Below are positions 11,625-20,828 of a stretch of 64,000 bases of DNA, piece by piece (within the stretch, counting starts at the first letter, position 1; the number at the start of each line of letters is the position of its first letter). Position numbers and translations under genes: made by a program. The DNA lies in NCBI GenBank assembly GCA_963741425.1, contig CAVUHP010000010.1:19939-83938 (forward strand), given 5' to 3'. The notes beneath the pieces are model-generated. The model did no database searches. It saw only the letters and a program-made list of their open reading frames with translations, and had not been told where the DNA came from. The DNA comes from an uncultured delta proteobacterium (GTDB lineage Bacteria; Desulfobacterota; Desulfomonilia; Desulfomonilales; Desulfomonilaceae).

Positions 11625-11894
11625 GGGAAAAGGGGACATTCTACTTTTCTGCCTCGGTTCGTGGGCGTCCGCTGGGTCGCAGCGGGTGCACAGGCCTCTT
11701 GGATAAGTTCGATGAACCGCTGGTGGTCGTCATCCTCCTGAAACACATCCTGCCGCGCGTTGCCGCGGTTCAAAATGTGGTAGCAAATCCCTCCGATGGA
11801 AGCTCTTGCGGTTCTTGGCATAGCAGCATGTTACCATAAAGGCCGGTTAGGAAGCCACCAAACAGTAACACAAAAGAAGAATGTCCCCTTTTCC
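11625..11894 (-). mobile_element. decayed RAYT/IS200-like (Y1 transposase) mini-element, copy 2
   Basis: Same terminal inverted repeats as copy 1 and the same orientation, about 90% identical over the shared parts. It retains ~48 transposase codons (MPRTARASIGGICYHILNRGNARQDVFQEDDDHQRFIELIQEA) and ends 9 nt after the stop of the ankyrin-CPBP gene. Confidence 0.6.
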
Positions 11895-11902
11895 CTTGCT
11901 CT

Positions 11903-13267
11903 TCAAGCGCGGAAACGCGTCTCCGTGTTCGACCTGGTATTATCCCCCGAGCGTCCTAGGAACCAAACGGAATCAACAACCAGCAGTATCACGAGCAGGC
12001 CCAAAAGAAGATACGGTTCCAAAGCATGGAAAGAAGGATGATAAACCAGGTACATGACCAAATTCCATGTGATATGCCAAATGATGGGGCCAATCAGAGA
12101 TAAGCTTCTGACGTACACGCAATATAGCAAGAAAGAAAGCACAGCAACTGGCAAAGTATCCAGCGTATATTGAAGATGAGCAAAGGAGTTTACCACGGTG
12201 AGCAAACCGATTGCCGCCCGGCTTCCCACACGCTCGGCGACCGGCGCATACAAGACGCCTCGGAATAGCAACTCCTCCATAATAGGCCATATAAGAACCA
12301 CTGTCGATAAAGACAATATCGCATCCAGTCCCACGCTCACCGGCACTTGGGCGTTGGAATGGGACCACCCGAACGCTCCAAGTATACCGAATACAGACAA
12401 CACCAAGATGGAAGCCAGGTTAAAGTGGATCAGACCACTCTTCTTAAGACGGGTGTTGTCGAGTCCAAACGTGCTCCAAGTGACATCGTATCTCTTCTTT
12501 ATGAACCCCCAATATAGCCCGTATAGTCCGATACAGCCCAACAGTTGTATTATCAACCGCTGCGTCAGGCCCATGCGTGCCGTATCGACAAGAACGAGCG
12601 TATAGCTCAAAGCGAGAAGTGGAATCAGGACCTTGTACGCATCACTCAAGGTCCATTTCTGGTTATGGAAAAATGATTCTTCAAGAGGGCGATCCATGTT
12701 CTTTTTAGCTATCCAGGCCAAGATTATGGCAATGATAACTAGTTTGATACTAGCTAAAACCACAATCGCTCGCACTTTTTCGTGCGGTCTGAGAAGATCT
12801 GTGATTTCACTATAACCTTGCTGGGAAGCGATAATTCCCGCGGTGCGACCCCACTTATTCTTGATATTTGCGTCCGCACCTCTTTCCAGAAGTACCTTAA
12901 CAACCTCCTTGTGTCCTTCGAAACAAGCTGCCATTAACGGTGTGAACCCGTACTTGTCCCTTGAGTTGACATCAGCTCCCCGTCTTATCAGCTCGATTAC
13001 CACCGTGACATTTCCTTTGGAGGCAACTGCCGTCGGTACAGGGCCCCCGCGATCGTTCTTCGCTTTTGGGTCAGCCCCTCTATCTAAAAGGGCCTTGACG
13101 GCAACCACATTCCCCTGTAGTGCTTCTTTCACAAGTTCCCGATCAAGGCGCTCGTCAGCCACTGCCGGGGGCGCAAACGGTAGCAAAGACAAAGCCACTG
13201 TGATCGCCAAAAGCCATATAAGCGTCAAGCTTATTGCATGAACATTTTTGACAAGTCTCTTCCGCAT
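11903..13267 (-). CDS. ankyrin-repeat / CPBP (CAAX, Abi-type) intramembrane metalloprotease fusion protein
   Basis: 454 aa. Signal/TM with PAVA-DE, then 3-4 ANK repeats (LLDRGADPKAKN.., RGADVNSRDKYGFTPLMAACFEGHKEVVKVLLERGADANIKN..), then a polytopic domain with CPBP motifs EELLFRG, FAHL and HITWN. Confidence 0.75.
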   Translation of the reverse strand: MRKRLVKNVHAISLTLIWLLAITVALSLLPFAPPAVADERLDRELVKEALQGNVVAVKALLDRGADPKAKNDRGGPVPTAVASKGNVTVVIELIRRGADVNSRDKYGFTPLMAACFEGHKEVVKVLLERGADANIKNKWGRTAGIIASQQGYSEITDLLRPHEKVRAIVVLASIKLVIIAIILAWIAKKNMDRPLEESFFHNQKWTLSDAYKVLIPLLALSYTLVLVDTARMGLTQRLIIQLLGCIGLYGLYWGFIKKRYDVTWSTFGLDNTRLKKSGLIHFNLASILVLSVFGILGAFGWSHSNAQVPVSVGLDAILSLSTVVLIWPIMEELLFRGVLYAPVAERVGSRAAIGLLTVVNSFAHLQYTLDTLPVAVLSFLLYCVYVRSLSLIGPIIWHITWNLVMYLVYHPSFHALEPYLLLGLLVILLVVDSVWFLGRSGDNTRSNTETRFRA

Positions 13268-13822
13268 GCGCTACACGCCTCTTTTTTATTTGGACCTGCC
13301 ATGGGCAGAGTCGACGGCGACTGTCAAAAGTGCTGTCGACTTTCCGTCACCACATGCTTGACTGACGGTTTAGAAACGATAATCGGCAACCGGGGGCTGA
13401 TTCCGTCTGTGCCATGAAGCCCCATTAGCGTCCATTTCTGCCGTGGAAAGAAGGCGCTCTGGTCCGCGAGGTCTCCTTTTCTTTCGGGAAGAATCCTCAG
13501 AACGAAAAAAGCTATGACGAGCTTTGTTGGAGGAATTTTTACATCCATAGCGAACCCCTGGACCCTATCTCTCGCTGACACGATTCAGACCCAAACGATG
13601 TTCGTATCTTCCAAGTTGCCGGCAAAGGTCCTCCGTGTCCGCTCCAATCCTGACACGTGGCAGCAGCGTCAACACCGGCGCCAAGGCGACCAACCACTTC
13701 ATCATCGCGCCAATGCGTTGAGCGTTCATGAAAGTCTTCCTGCCCGTCTTGAAAACGCCGGCCCTATGTTCCTCCAGGCGCGGAGATCGCCGAGAACGCA
13801 GAGATATTAGATAGGACCTATC

Positions 13823-13918
13823 CACAGATGACGCCGATTACGCAGATTAAATCTCTTTCATGTCCTTGGAAAGTAAAGATAATTTTCCTCTTATCTGCGA
13901 CAACTGAACCATCTGCGG
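13823..13918. repeat. inverted pair of REP-like units
   Basis: CACAGATGACGCCGATTACGCAGAT (13823-13847) and its partial inverse ATCTGCGACAACTGAACCATCTGCG (13893-13917). The shared ends are CAGATG...CGCAGAT. Confidence 0.45.
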
Positions 13919-14155
13919 AGAGCGTCTTTTTCCGATTGTGACTTGGTCCCGGTCCCCTCCCGGGATAGTTGCGTTGATGGGTCAAGTTATTGAAATTCCC
14001 AGTTATCCTTTTGAAAGGAAAGGATTTTAATATAAGAGACAGTGACTATCCTAGTCAAGAAAGTTCCGACCACGCCGTGTTAATCTAATACATTCCTCAT
14101 GTTGCCGAATGCCCTCGCCCGGCCCCATTGAACCCATGCAATCTCGTGGCTTCGG

Positions 14156-14188
14156 GGATTGCTTCGTCGTTTCACTCCTCGCAATGAC
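14156..14188. repeat. REP unit of the GTCATTGCGAG...GAAGCAATC family
   Basis: GGATTGCTTCGTCGTTTCACTCCTCGCAATGAC. The same family recurs at 50884-51000 and 51191-51218. Confidence 0.55.
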
Positions 14189-14192
14189 ACAT

Positions 14193-15167
14193 TCACGCCA
14201 TTCCTGACTGAGGGGGTACTCGCAGGGATCTTATGACCTCTGCCATGTCATCAGGGAGCGGAGAATGGAATTCCAAATATTGCGAATCTTCCGGGCGCCT
14301 GAATCCCAATATCGCCGCATGCAAGGCTTGTCTTTTTATGTGTGCCAGGGCTTTTCTCAAGTGGAGCATCTTGGCTTCGACCTTTTTGCCGGCTCTTCCG
14401 TACACTTGATCCCCGGCGACAGGCAAGCCTACGGATGCTAAGTGCACCCTAATCTGGTGGGTTCGTCCGGTCTGAGGCGCGATCGCAAGAAGGGTTAAGC
14501 CGTCGAACCGTTCGACAATTCGCCATCGAGTGAGCGCGCGACGGGCCTTGCGCGTGTGTATTGATATTTTCTTCCTGTCTTTGACATGTCTCCCCAGAGG
14601 AACGTCTATTGTCCCCTCATCTCGGGTTGGGGCTGCTCGTACCAGGGCAACGTAAATCCGGTGAACCGAATGCTCCTTAAACTGAGCCGATAAAGAAGCA
14701 TGAGCCACAGCCGTTTTGGCTACGACCATCACCCCCGAGGTGTCCTTGTCCAAGCGATGAACGATTCCCCATCGGTCCTCCTCGCCGACACCTACCATTT
14801 GCGGCCGGGTCTTCACCAGGGCCTCCATGAGCGTCACAGAACGGCAACCCGCCGCAGGATGCACCACCAGCCCCGGCGGCTTATCCACTACAATCAGATC
14901 ACCATCTTCAAAAATTATTTTGAAATTAGGGACTGCTTCGGAAACTAGTTTTGATGATGCAGGCTCCGGTAGGATTTCAATGCGATCTCCCGGTTGAAGC
15001 ATACTGGACGGCCTCAGAAATTCACGTTCCAACAGAACGCGACCGGACCGAATTAGACGAGTGAATTGTGAGCGCGTCGCAAGATTTCGAAAACACGCGG
15101 CCAGAACTCGGTCTGCCCGATCGGGATTTGCATCATCAGGAATGATAAGGAACGAAGGAATATCCAT
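14193..15167 (-). CDS. rluD: RluA-family 23S rRNA pseudouridine synthase (RluD-like)
   Basis: 324 aa with an N-terminal S4-like region and the catalytic motif HRLDKDTSGVMVVAKT. Confidence 0.85.
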   Translation of the reverse strand: MDIPSFLIIPDDANPDRADRVLAACFRNLATRSQFTRLIRSGRVLLEREFLRPSSMLQPGDRIEILPEPASSKLVSEAVPNFKIIFEDGDLIVVDKPPGLVVHPAAGCRSVTLMEALVKTRPQMVGVGEEDRWGIVHRLDKDTSGVMVVAKTAVAHASLSAQFKEHSVHRIYVALVRAAPTRDEGTIDVPLGRHVKDRKKISIHTRKARRALTRWRIVERFDGLTLLAIAPQTGRTHQIRVHLASVGLPVAGDQVYGRAGKKVEAKMLHLRKALAHIKRQALHAAILGFRRPEDSQYLEFHSPLPDDMAEVIRSLRVPPQSGMA

Positions 15168-15217
15168 TGCGTGTGAGTCGGTCCGGCGGTGCGGGGCAAG
15201 TCTTCGTGGCCGAATTG

Positions 15218-16630
15218 TTACTGTTTTTTCAAAGCCGCTCCGACCAAGTTGGGGATAAGAGCAGCTTGATCTTTGAGCAGGGTTCGAGGATCTAATAGGA
15301 GGGCCTCGTCTTTGATGATCCCTATCACCGGTGGCTCACCGGACCTCAAATTCTGTTCCAGTCGTGCGACTGACATTTTTCGCGGCCGTATGGCAACACG
15401 TGGGCCAGGCAGATCGCTCATGGGCAATGCTCCTCCGCCCACCCTGCCGATGCCGGGCTCAACGCTCACTTCAGCCCCCTCGCCTATCCTCTCTTTGATT
15501 GCAGTGGATAAATTCGTGGCGCTTTCTTCCAATTGCGCCGGGGTTCTCATGATCATATCCAAAGTCGGTATGCCTTTAGCAGGTCCTTCCGGCCGCAAGT
15601 ATTCTTCAAGGGTAGCTTCAAGGCCGGCGAGCGTAAGTTTATCCATGCGGAGAGCTCGTGCCAGAGGATTAGTTCGCATTTTTTCGATGAGATCCGCCCG
15701 ACCGGCTAAAATCCCCGCCTGCGGACCTCCCAACAGCTTGTCTCCACTGAAGCTTACCACGTCTATTCCTTTGGAAACCACCTCTTGAACAGTTGTCTCG
15801 TCGGGCAAGCCATAAGGCGCCAAATCGGCAAGGCAACCGCTGCCGAGGTCCATCATGGTCGGAATGCCTTTTTCCTTTCCAAGAGAGGCAAGTTCGTCCA
15901 GTGAGACTTCCCTGGTAAACCCCACAATCCGGTAATTGCTCGTGTGCACCTTCAGAATCAGGGCGGTATTTTCGGTTATTGCCGCTAAATAGTCTCTGAG
16001 GTGGGTTCGATTAGTCGCGCCCACCTCTTTTAGTATTGCGCCCGAACGGGCCATGACATCCGGTATTCGAAAAGAGCCCCCGATCTCAATAAGTTCCCCT
16101 CGCGAAACAATGACCTCACGGCCGGCAGCCAGGCTGGATAATGCCAGTAGCACCGCAGCAGCATTATTGTTTACCGCCAAGGTGGCTTCCGCGCCTGTAA
16201 GTTCCTCCATTAATTGTCTCAGGTGCGAATTTCTTTCCCCGCGTTCTCCCTTTTCTATGTTGTATTCCAGATTGGAGTACGACATAGCGATTTCCGCAAT
16301 TCGATCGATAACTCTCATCGACAAAGGAGAACGTCCGAGATTAGTATGAACGATAACTCCTGTAGCGTTAATTACCGGCATAAGCTTGGGTGCTAGCCGT
16401 CGCATGCCGATCCCGCCGGCTCGAAAAACAATGGCTGGTGTGCGACATGCTTCCTTGGTAGCCTTTCCCTCGCGTATTTCCTCCCGCAACTCGTCCACAG
16501 CGGCCCTGACCAACTTTTTGACCACTGGTTCCGAGTAGGTGTCCCGAAGAGAGGCAAGTAAAGGATCCTTCAATATCCTGTCGATTGGCGGGATGACCCT
16601 CAGCAGATTGCCTGTTGCATCATCGTCCAT
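15218..16630 (-). CDS. selA: L-seryl-tRNA(Sec) selenium transferase
   Basis: 470 aa. The PLP-lysine region FSGDKLLGGPQAG and the overall SelA-like sequence (NNNAAAVLLAL, RGELIEIGGSFRIPD) support the call. Confidence 0.9.
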   Translation of the reverse strand: MDDDATGNLLRVIPPIDRILKDPLLASLRDTYSEPVVKKLVRAAVDELREEIREGKATKEACRTPAIVFRAGGIGMRRLAPKLMPVINATGVIVHTNLGRSPLSMRVIDRIAEIAMSYSNLEYNIEKGERGERNSHLRQLMEELTGAEATLAVNNNAAAVLLALSSLAAGREVIVSRGELIEIGGSFRIPDVMARSGAILKEVGATNRTHLRDYLAAITENTALILKVHTSNYRIVGFTREVSLDELASLGKEKGIPTMMDLGSGCLADLAPYGLPDETTVQEVVSKGIDVVSFSGDKLLGGPQAGILAGRADLIEKMRTNPLARALRMDKLTLAGLEATLEEYLRPEGPAKGIPTLDMIMRTPAQLEESATNLSTAIKERIGEGAEVSVEPGIGRVGGGALPMSDLPGPRVAIRPRKMSVARLEQNLRSGEPPVIGIIKDEALLLDPRTLLKDQAALIPNLVGAALKKQ

Positions 16631-16648
16631 GACTCTTTGTCCTTGTCA

Positions 16649-17251
16649 TTAAGACGTTTTCAGCTTGAACGAGGCGACGGCTTTTTCAAACGCCGGAGCA
16701 AACGACTCAAACTCCTTGGCCGGAGCGGAAAATTCGACATCGATCATCTTCTTATCTGTGACTACGATCAATCTCCAGGCTCTGGCCCTCAATGGATCTT
16801 CGGGTGGTTTTTCCTTGTATAGCAGGCCGCGTCCACCCTTAATCTTGAGCACCCGCACTTCCTCCATCTTCTTGTCCTGATCCGCCGCTTTACGTAATCC
16901 CTTAAATACGACGTCTGCGGATTCATGGAATAGATCGCCCACCACAAGGAAGATCTCGCCGGAATCCTTCGCCCATTTGAGTATACCGCCTTCTTCGACA
17001 GGTTGAGGTTTGAAACCTTCCGGAACTTTCATGTCGAAAAAACGGCCTGGTATATCTATACTGGTAGCTGCACCTTCCTCAGCAGGCGCTTTATCCGCCT
17101 GAGCCCAACAAATCGCGGCAATGAGAAGCAAGGCAAAGCTAGTGATTCCCACCTTAATTTTTTTGTAATTCACGGAAAAGGGCCTCCGGTTTCTGCGGAA
17201 TGAAATGCCCCCAAGTGGATGGCTTGGTTCGTTTAAGATGCGGCGGGTCAT
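16649..17251 (-). CDS. hypothetical exported protein
   Basis: The ORF spans 16649..17335. I favour the internal ATG (MTRRIL...), which gives a signal anchor (ITSFALLLIAAICWAQA). It ends 18 nt upstream of selA. I recognise no family. Confidence 0.45.
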   Translation of the reverse strand: MTRRILNEPSHPLGGISFRRNRRPFSVNYKKIKVGITSFALLLIAAICWAQADKAPAEEGAATSIDIPGRFFDMKVPEGFKPQPVEEGGILKWAKDSGEIFLVVGDLFHESADVVFKGLRKAADQDKKMEEVRVLKIKGGRGLLYKEKPPEDPLRARAWRLIVVTDKKMIDVEFSAPAKEFESFAPAFEKAVASFKLKTS

Positions 17252-17367
17252 TTTCGCCTCAGAAAAATACGATTCAGCGGCGAAGAATTGACCTAATATC
17301 CCCGGATTGATAGCATGATTAAAACACAGTGTCAAAAGAGATTACTCGAAAAGTGAAATCCCTTTCC

Positions 17368-18678
17368 ATGAATAAAACAGCTCTAGTGCACGTGCTGGGT
17401 TGCAAGGTGAATCAGGCCGAGGCCGCATCATTAGCCCGCATCCTGCAACAAAACGGGTATCACATTGATGATAAAACTACCGAACCCGATCTGGTGCTGA
17501 TCCATACATGTTGTGTAACGATGAAGGCTGAAGGCAAATCGAGAAGAACGGTAAATCGACTGGTCGAGAAATACCCATCGTCAAAAATATTGGTAACCGG
17601 CTGCCTCGCGGCGGTGAGCCCCTCGAACCTCACCAAGATTTCGGATAATATCATTGTTCTAAATACTGTGGATAGCAACAGTTTTTGCAAACTAATAAAT
17701 GCAGACGGAAAAGCTATTTCCGCGACTGCAACAGAACCCCCTTTGGTACGCAACAAGTTCATGGATTTGGGCCCATCCGGGATTCCGGGTCGCTCGCGGG
17801 CTTTCTTGAAAATTCAAGACGGCTGCTCTCAGCGCTGCACTTATTGCATAGTTCCCACAGCCAGAGGTCCATCGAGAAGTCTGTCAGCTCAATTGGTTGT
17901 AAACCATGCTCGGAATCTGGGCGAAAAGGGATTCGATGAAATAGTTCTTACCGGCGTACATCTCGGGCATTACGGTCGAGATCTTCAGCCGCGGCTCTGC
18001 TTGGAAGATCTCCTCGAACGTCTCCTCGATCAATGCCCTAATTCACGTTTCCGCTTGAGTTCCGTGGAACCAAATGAAATCAGCTTTCGCCTGATCGAAT
18101 TAACATCCGAAAACGCGCGCCTCTGCCGACATTTTCATATTCCATTCCAGAGCGGCGACGATGAAGTCTTGAATCGAATGAGAAGGCCGTATAAGACTTC
18201 CATGATTCGCAATTTGGTGGAACGAATACAAACTCGGATTCCTGACGTGTGTGTGGGCTTCGACATCATGGTGGGATTTCCGGGGGAGGATGAATCAGCC
18301 TTCATTAATACAAAGAATCTGATCGAGGATCTGAAGCCCGCGTATTTGCATGTATTTCCTTTTTCACCAAGGCCGGGAACTGCGGCCGCCGGTTTCGAGC
18401 CCCGGATATCAGAAAATACAAAACGTCGAAGAGTCGAAGAGTTGAGGGCGTTATCGGCAAGACTGAGACAGAGTTTTTATAATCGATTCTTAGGGAAAAA
18501 TTTCAGTGTAGTGTCTGAGTCGTTATCGCCCAGGGGACTAATTACAGCAAGGACCGATAACTATATTCCAGTCAAACTGCACCTACCTCCCAGTTTTGTT
18601 AGCAAATCGCAATTCGAGATCATTATTGAAAAAATAGAATCCGACAAAGTCTGGGGGAAAGTGGTAGAGCCCGCGTAG
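17368..18678 (+). CDS. mtaB: MiaB-like radical SAM methylthiotransferase (MtaB type)
   Basis: N-terminal UPF0004 cysteines (VLGCKVNQAE.., HTCCVT), a radical SAM CSQRCTYC motif and a C-terminal TRAM-like region. The start is placed at ATG 17368; the ORF track uses GTG 17329. Confidence 0.75.
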   Translation: MNKTALVHVLGCKVNQAEAASLARILQQNGYHIDDKTTEPDLVLIHTCCVTMKAEGKSRRTVNRLVEKYPSSKILVTGCLAAVSPSNLTKISDNIIVLNTVDSNSFCKLINADGKAISATATEPPLVRNKFMDLGPSGIPGRSRAFLKIQDGCSQRCTYCIVPTARGPSRSLSAQLVVNHARNLGEKGFDEIVLTGVHLGHYGRDLQPRLCLEDLLERLLDQCPNSRFRLSSVEPNEISFRLIELTSENARLCRHFHIPFQSGDDEVLNRMRRPYKTSMIRNLVERIQTRIPDVCVGFDIMVGFPGEDESAFINTKNLIEDLKPAYLHVFPFSPRPGTAAAGFEPRISENTKRRRVEELRALSARLRQSFYNRFLGKNFSVVSESLSPRGLITARTDNYIPVKLHLPPSFVSKSQFEIIIEKIESDKVWGKVVEPA

Positions 18679-18757
18679 AGTCGGTTGAGATGGACATCAC
18701 ATCGAAGCAACGTTCTCCGGATCTATAAGCTTGCCCCGCCCAATTGCTCCCGGCTTG

Positions 18758-20212
18758 TCATCCGTGAGCACGCGTTTTCTGAATTAACTCCCTGGCTCGG
18801 AAAAGGTGGTCCTGAATCAGCTTGAAATTTTCTTCATTCGGCTCTGCCATATAGTTGAGGATTGCATCACAGGCTTGATGGGTATGTGTTATGGAATCTC
18901 TGATAAGACCGTGGAATTGTTCATATCTTTTTGGTGGAATTATTGCGAAGGTTTTGGAATCAAGAATCTGCAGGTCCCGTTTCATCGAATCCATTCTTAA
19001 TTGTAAATCCTTGGGAAAAAGAGGAGCGTTCGCGTCCGAAGGATCATAATCGGCTGTCGTCATGGAAGGCGCTCTTGTCATCAAAAGCGACAGTTCCTCC
19101 AGAATAGGCGCTGTATCGCGCAAATAGTATTTAATTTCCGGAGTGTCGGGTATGTCGTCATTAAGAGGCGATCGCAAAACCTCTTTTGGAGGGGGCGGTA
19201 CAAATGTGGGAAGGGTTTCTTTCGGAATCGACTGTTCTTGCACTGGTTCCATGGGAGGCACGATTGATGTGCGCTCTTTTGGGCCGGACTTATCAGGCTC
19301 GAGAGAGGGAACAAAAAAAGGCCGATCTTGGGGCATTAATTTATAAGATTCCGGCTCCAAGGGCGGCGCAGACAAAGTCCTCTCCTTTGGTGTCGGTTTG
19401 GCTATAGCAGGCTCCACGGGCTCGGTGACCGGTTGAGGCATCGGTTTTAAGTCCGGCTCGGCCTCAGGTAAAGGCTCAGGAAGCGGTTTGGGCTCGGGGT
19501 CTCGTCTCGGTATGATTTCAGGTTCCCCGCGGCTTCCAAGCGGAATATTCTCGATCGGCCCTGAAGGGGGCGGTCCCTGTGCTTTCAGATGGATGCTCTT
19601 GAGCGTCTCTTTGGAAGGGTGTGCTTCCAATAATGGAGGGATCGTCGGAGGTATCCTCTTCAAGAGCACCTCTTTTTTCGGAGGCCGCGCGACCATCGGA
19701 TCTTCGGGCGCAACAGGGGCAGAAAGCGGCGAAACATTTTCTTTTGGAAGCGGAGGAGCCATAGGAGAAGGTTCCTCTGTGTGAGGTTTTTGCGGGACGG
19801 ATCCGGGAAGCGTTTTTCGGACACCCGTGTCAAACGGAAGGCGAGGAGTCTCAGGAGTGACAGAGGTTTCTTGCCGTTCGGATTCCGGCTCATTTCTCTC
19901 CGCGGGTTCTACTACACTGGATTGGGGTGGCGATGGTTCATCCATATCCGGCTGAGGAGGCTTCGGTTTTGCAGGTCGCCCGCCAAGGATTTGATCCATT
20001 CTAATTTCGGGAATAGGTACTTTATAGCCGGATTCGCCCAGAGGAGCGTATGCTTGTTCTTGATTCTTTCCGTCGGAGCTGGAAGGCCCCGGTCGCACTG
20101 TGGACTGGGCATACCCTTCGATCACGGAACCGAACAAAATCAGAACCGATATTACGCAGAGCGATTCCAATATTCTAATTTTTCCGCGAAGACTTATGAA
20201 AGAAGATAGCAT
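18758..20212 (-). CDS. hypothetical membrane-anchored proline-rich protein
   Basis: The ORF extends to 20257; I place the start at the ATG giving MLSSFISLRGKIRILESLCVISVLILF. A low-complexity P/E/K-rich region of about 300 aa is followed by a structured C-terminal domain of about 130 aa with no recognised family. Confidence 0.45.
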   Translation of the reverse strand: MLSSFISLRGKIRILESLCVISVLILFGSVIEGYAQSTVRPGPSSSDGKNQEQAYAPLGESGYKVPIPEIRMDQILGGRPAKPKPPQPDMDEPSPPQSSVVEPAERNEPESERQETSVTPETPRLPFDTGVRKTLPGSVPQKPHTEEPSPMAPPLPKENVSPLSAPVAPEDPMVARPPKKEVLLKRIPPTIPPLLEAHPSKETLKSIHLKAQGPPPSGPIENIPLGSRGEPEIIPRRDPEPKPLPEPLPEAEPDLKPMPQPVTEPVEPAIAKPTPKERTLSAPPLEPESYKLMPQDRPFFVPSLEPDKSGPKERTSIVPPMEPVQEQSIPKETLPTFVPPPPKEVLRSPLNDDIPDTPEIKYYLRDTAPILEELSLLMTRAPSMTTADYDPSDANAPLFPKDLQLRMDSMKRDLQILDSKTFAIIPPKRYEQFHGLIRDSITHTHQACDAILNYMAEPNEENFKLIQDHLFRARELIQKTRAHG

Positions 20213-20327
20213 TGATCGACCATTGATATGCCGCCAATGACCGGGCAAGCGGCTCAAATCCGCGATTACAAAAATTCCAATATAATTTTAGCTTATTGAA
20301 GCGGATTGGTCAAGCGATGCAATCATG

Positions 20328-20783
20328 TCACGTAATTCCTCTGCAGTACCTGGGCCGTTTTTCCAGGACTTGAATTCTGTCCAGTATGCCGTTTATAAAA
20401 GCCGCGGAGCTTTCACCACCGTATTTTTTACCTATTTCGATAGCTTCGTTAAGTATTACCGCCCCCGGAGTTTCAGGAAACCGAATCATTTCAGCTATAG
20501 CCATTCTTAAAATGTTTCTGTCCACACGATTTATTCGCGAAAGTTTCCAGTTTTGGGAAATCCGGCTAATCAGATCATCGATAACCGTCCCTTCTTTGGA
20601 CACTGCGGTCACCAAAACTCTTGCAAAATCCTCTACCACCCGATGGATCTTTAGTTCCTGGTCTTGATCAGAGGCGAAATGGCTCTGGAGAAATTCCAAC
20701 GTATCGACGGGATCCTGTTTGCGCGCATCGGCTGCAAACAGGACCTGAAGAACAAATTCACGTGTCTTTCGTCTGGAAGGCAC
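20328..20783 (-). CDS. nusB: transcription antitermination factor NusB
   Basis: 151 aa, beginning SRRKTREFVLQVLFA... and containing the RINRVDRNILRMAIAEM motif. It is downstream of ribH, as in many bacteria. Confidence 0.9.
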   Translation of the reverse strand: MPSRRKTREFVLQVLFAADARKQDPVDTLEFLQSHFASDQDQELKIHRVVEDFARVLVTAVSKEGTVIDDLISRISQNWKLSRINRVDRNILRMAIAEMIRFPETPGAVILNEAIEIGKKYGGESSAAFINGILDRIQVLEKRPRYCRGIT

Positions 20784-20828
20784 TGGAAACTATTATTTGC
20801 CTTTAGCGGCGTCGTCTCGAAATCGGGA

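Noticed and set aside
13391-13430. GGGGCTGATTCC..., reminiscent of the 5' end of tmRNA
   Set aside because: There is no GGATTCGACGGG continuation, no tRNA-like 3' end (T-arm/ACCA context) and no resume-codon/tag ORF anywhere downstream on either strand.
13800-14192. tRNA-Sec (selC) or another tRNA near selA/rluD
   Set aside because: No T-loop (GGTTCGAATCC-like) or cloverleaf-compatible segment was found here on either strand, nor in any other intergenic region I read.
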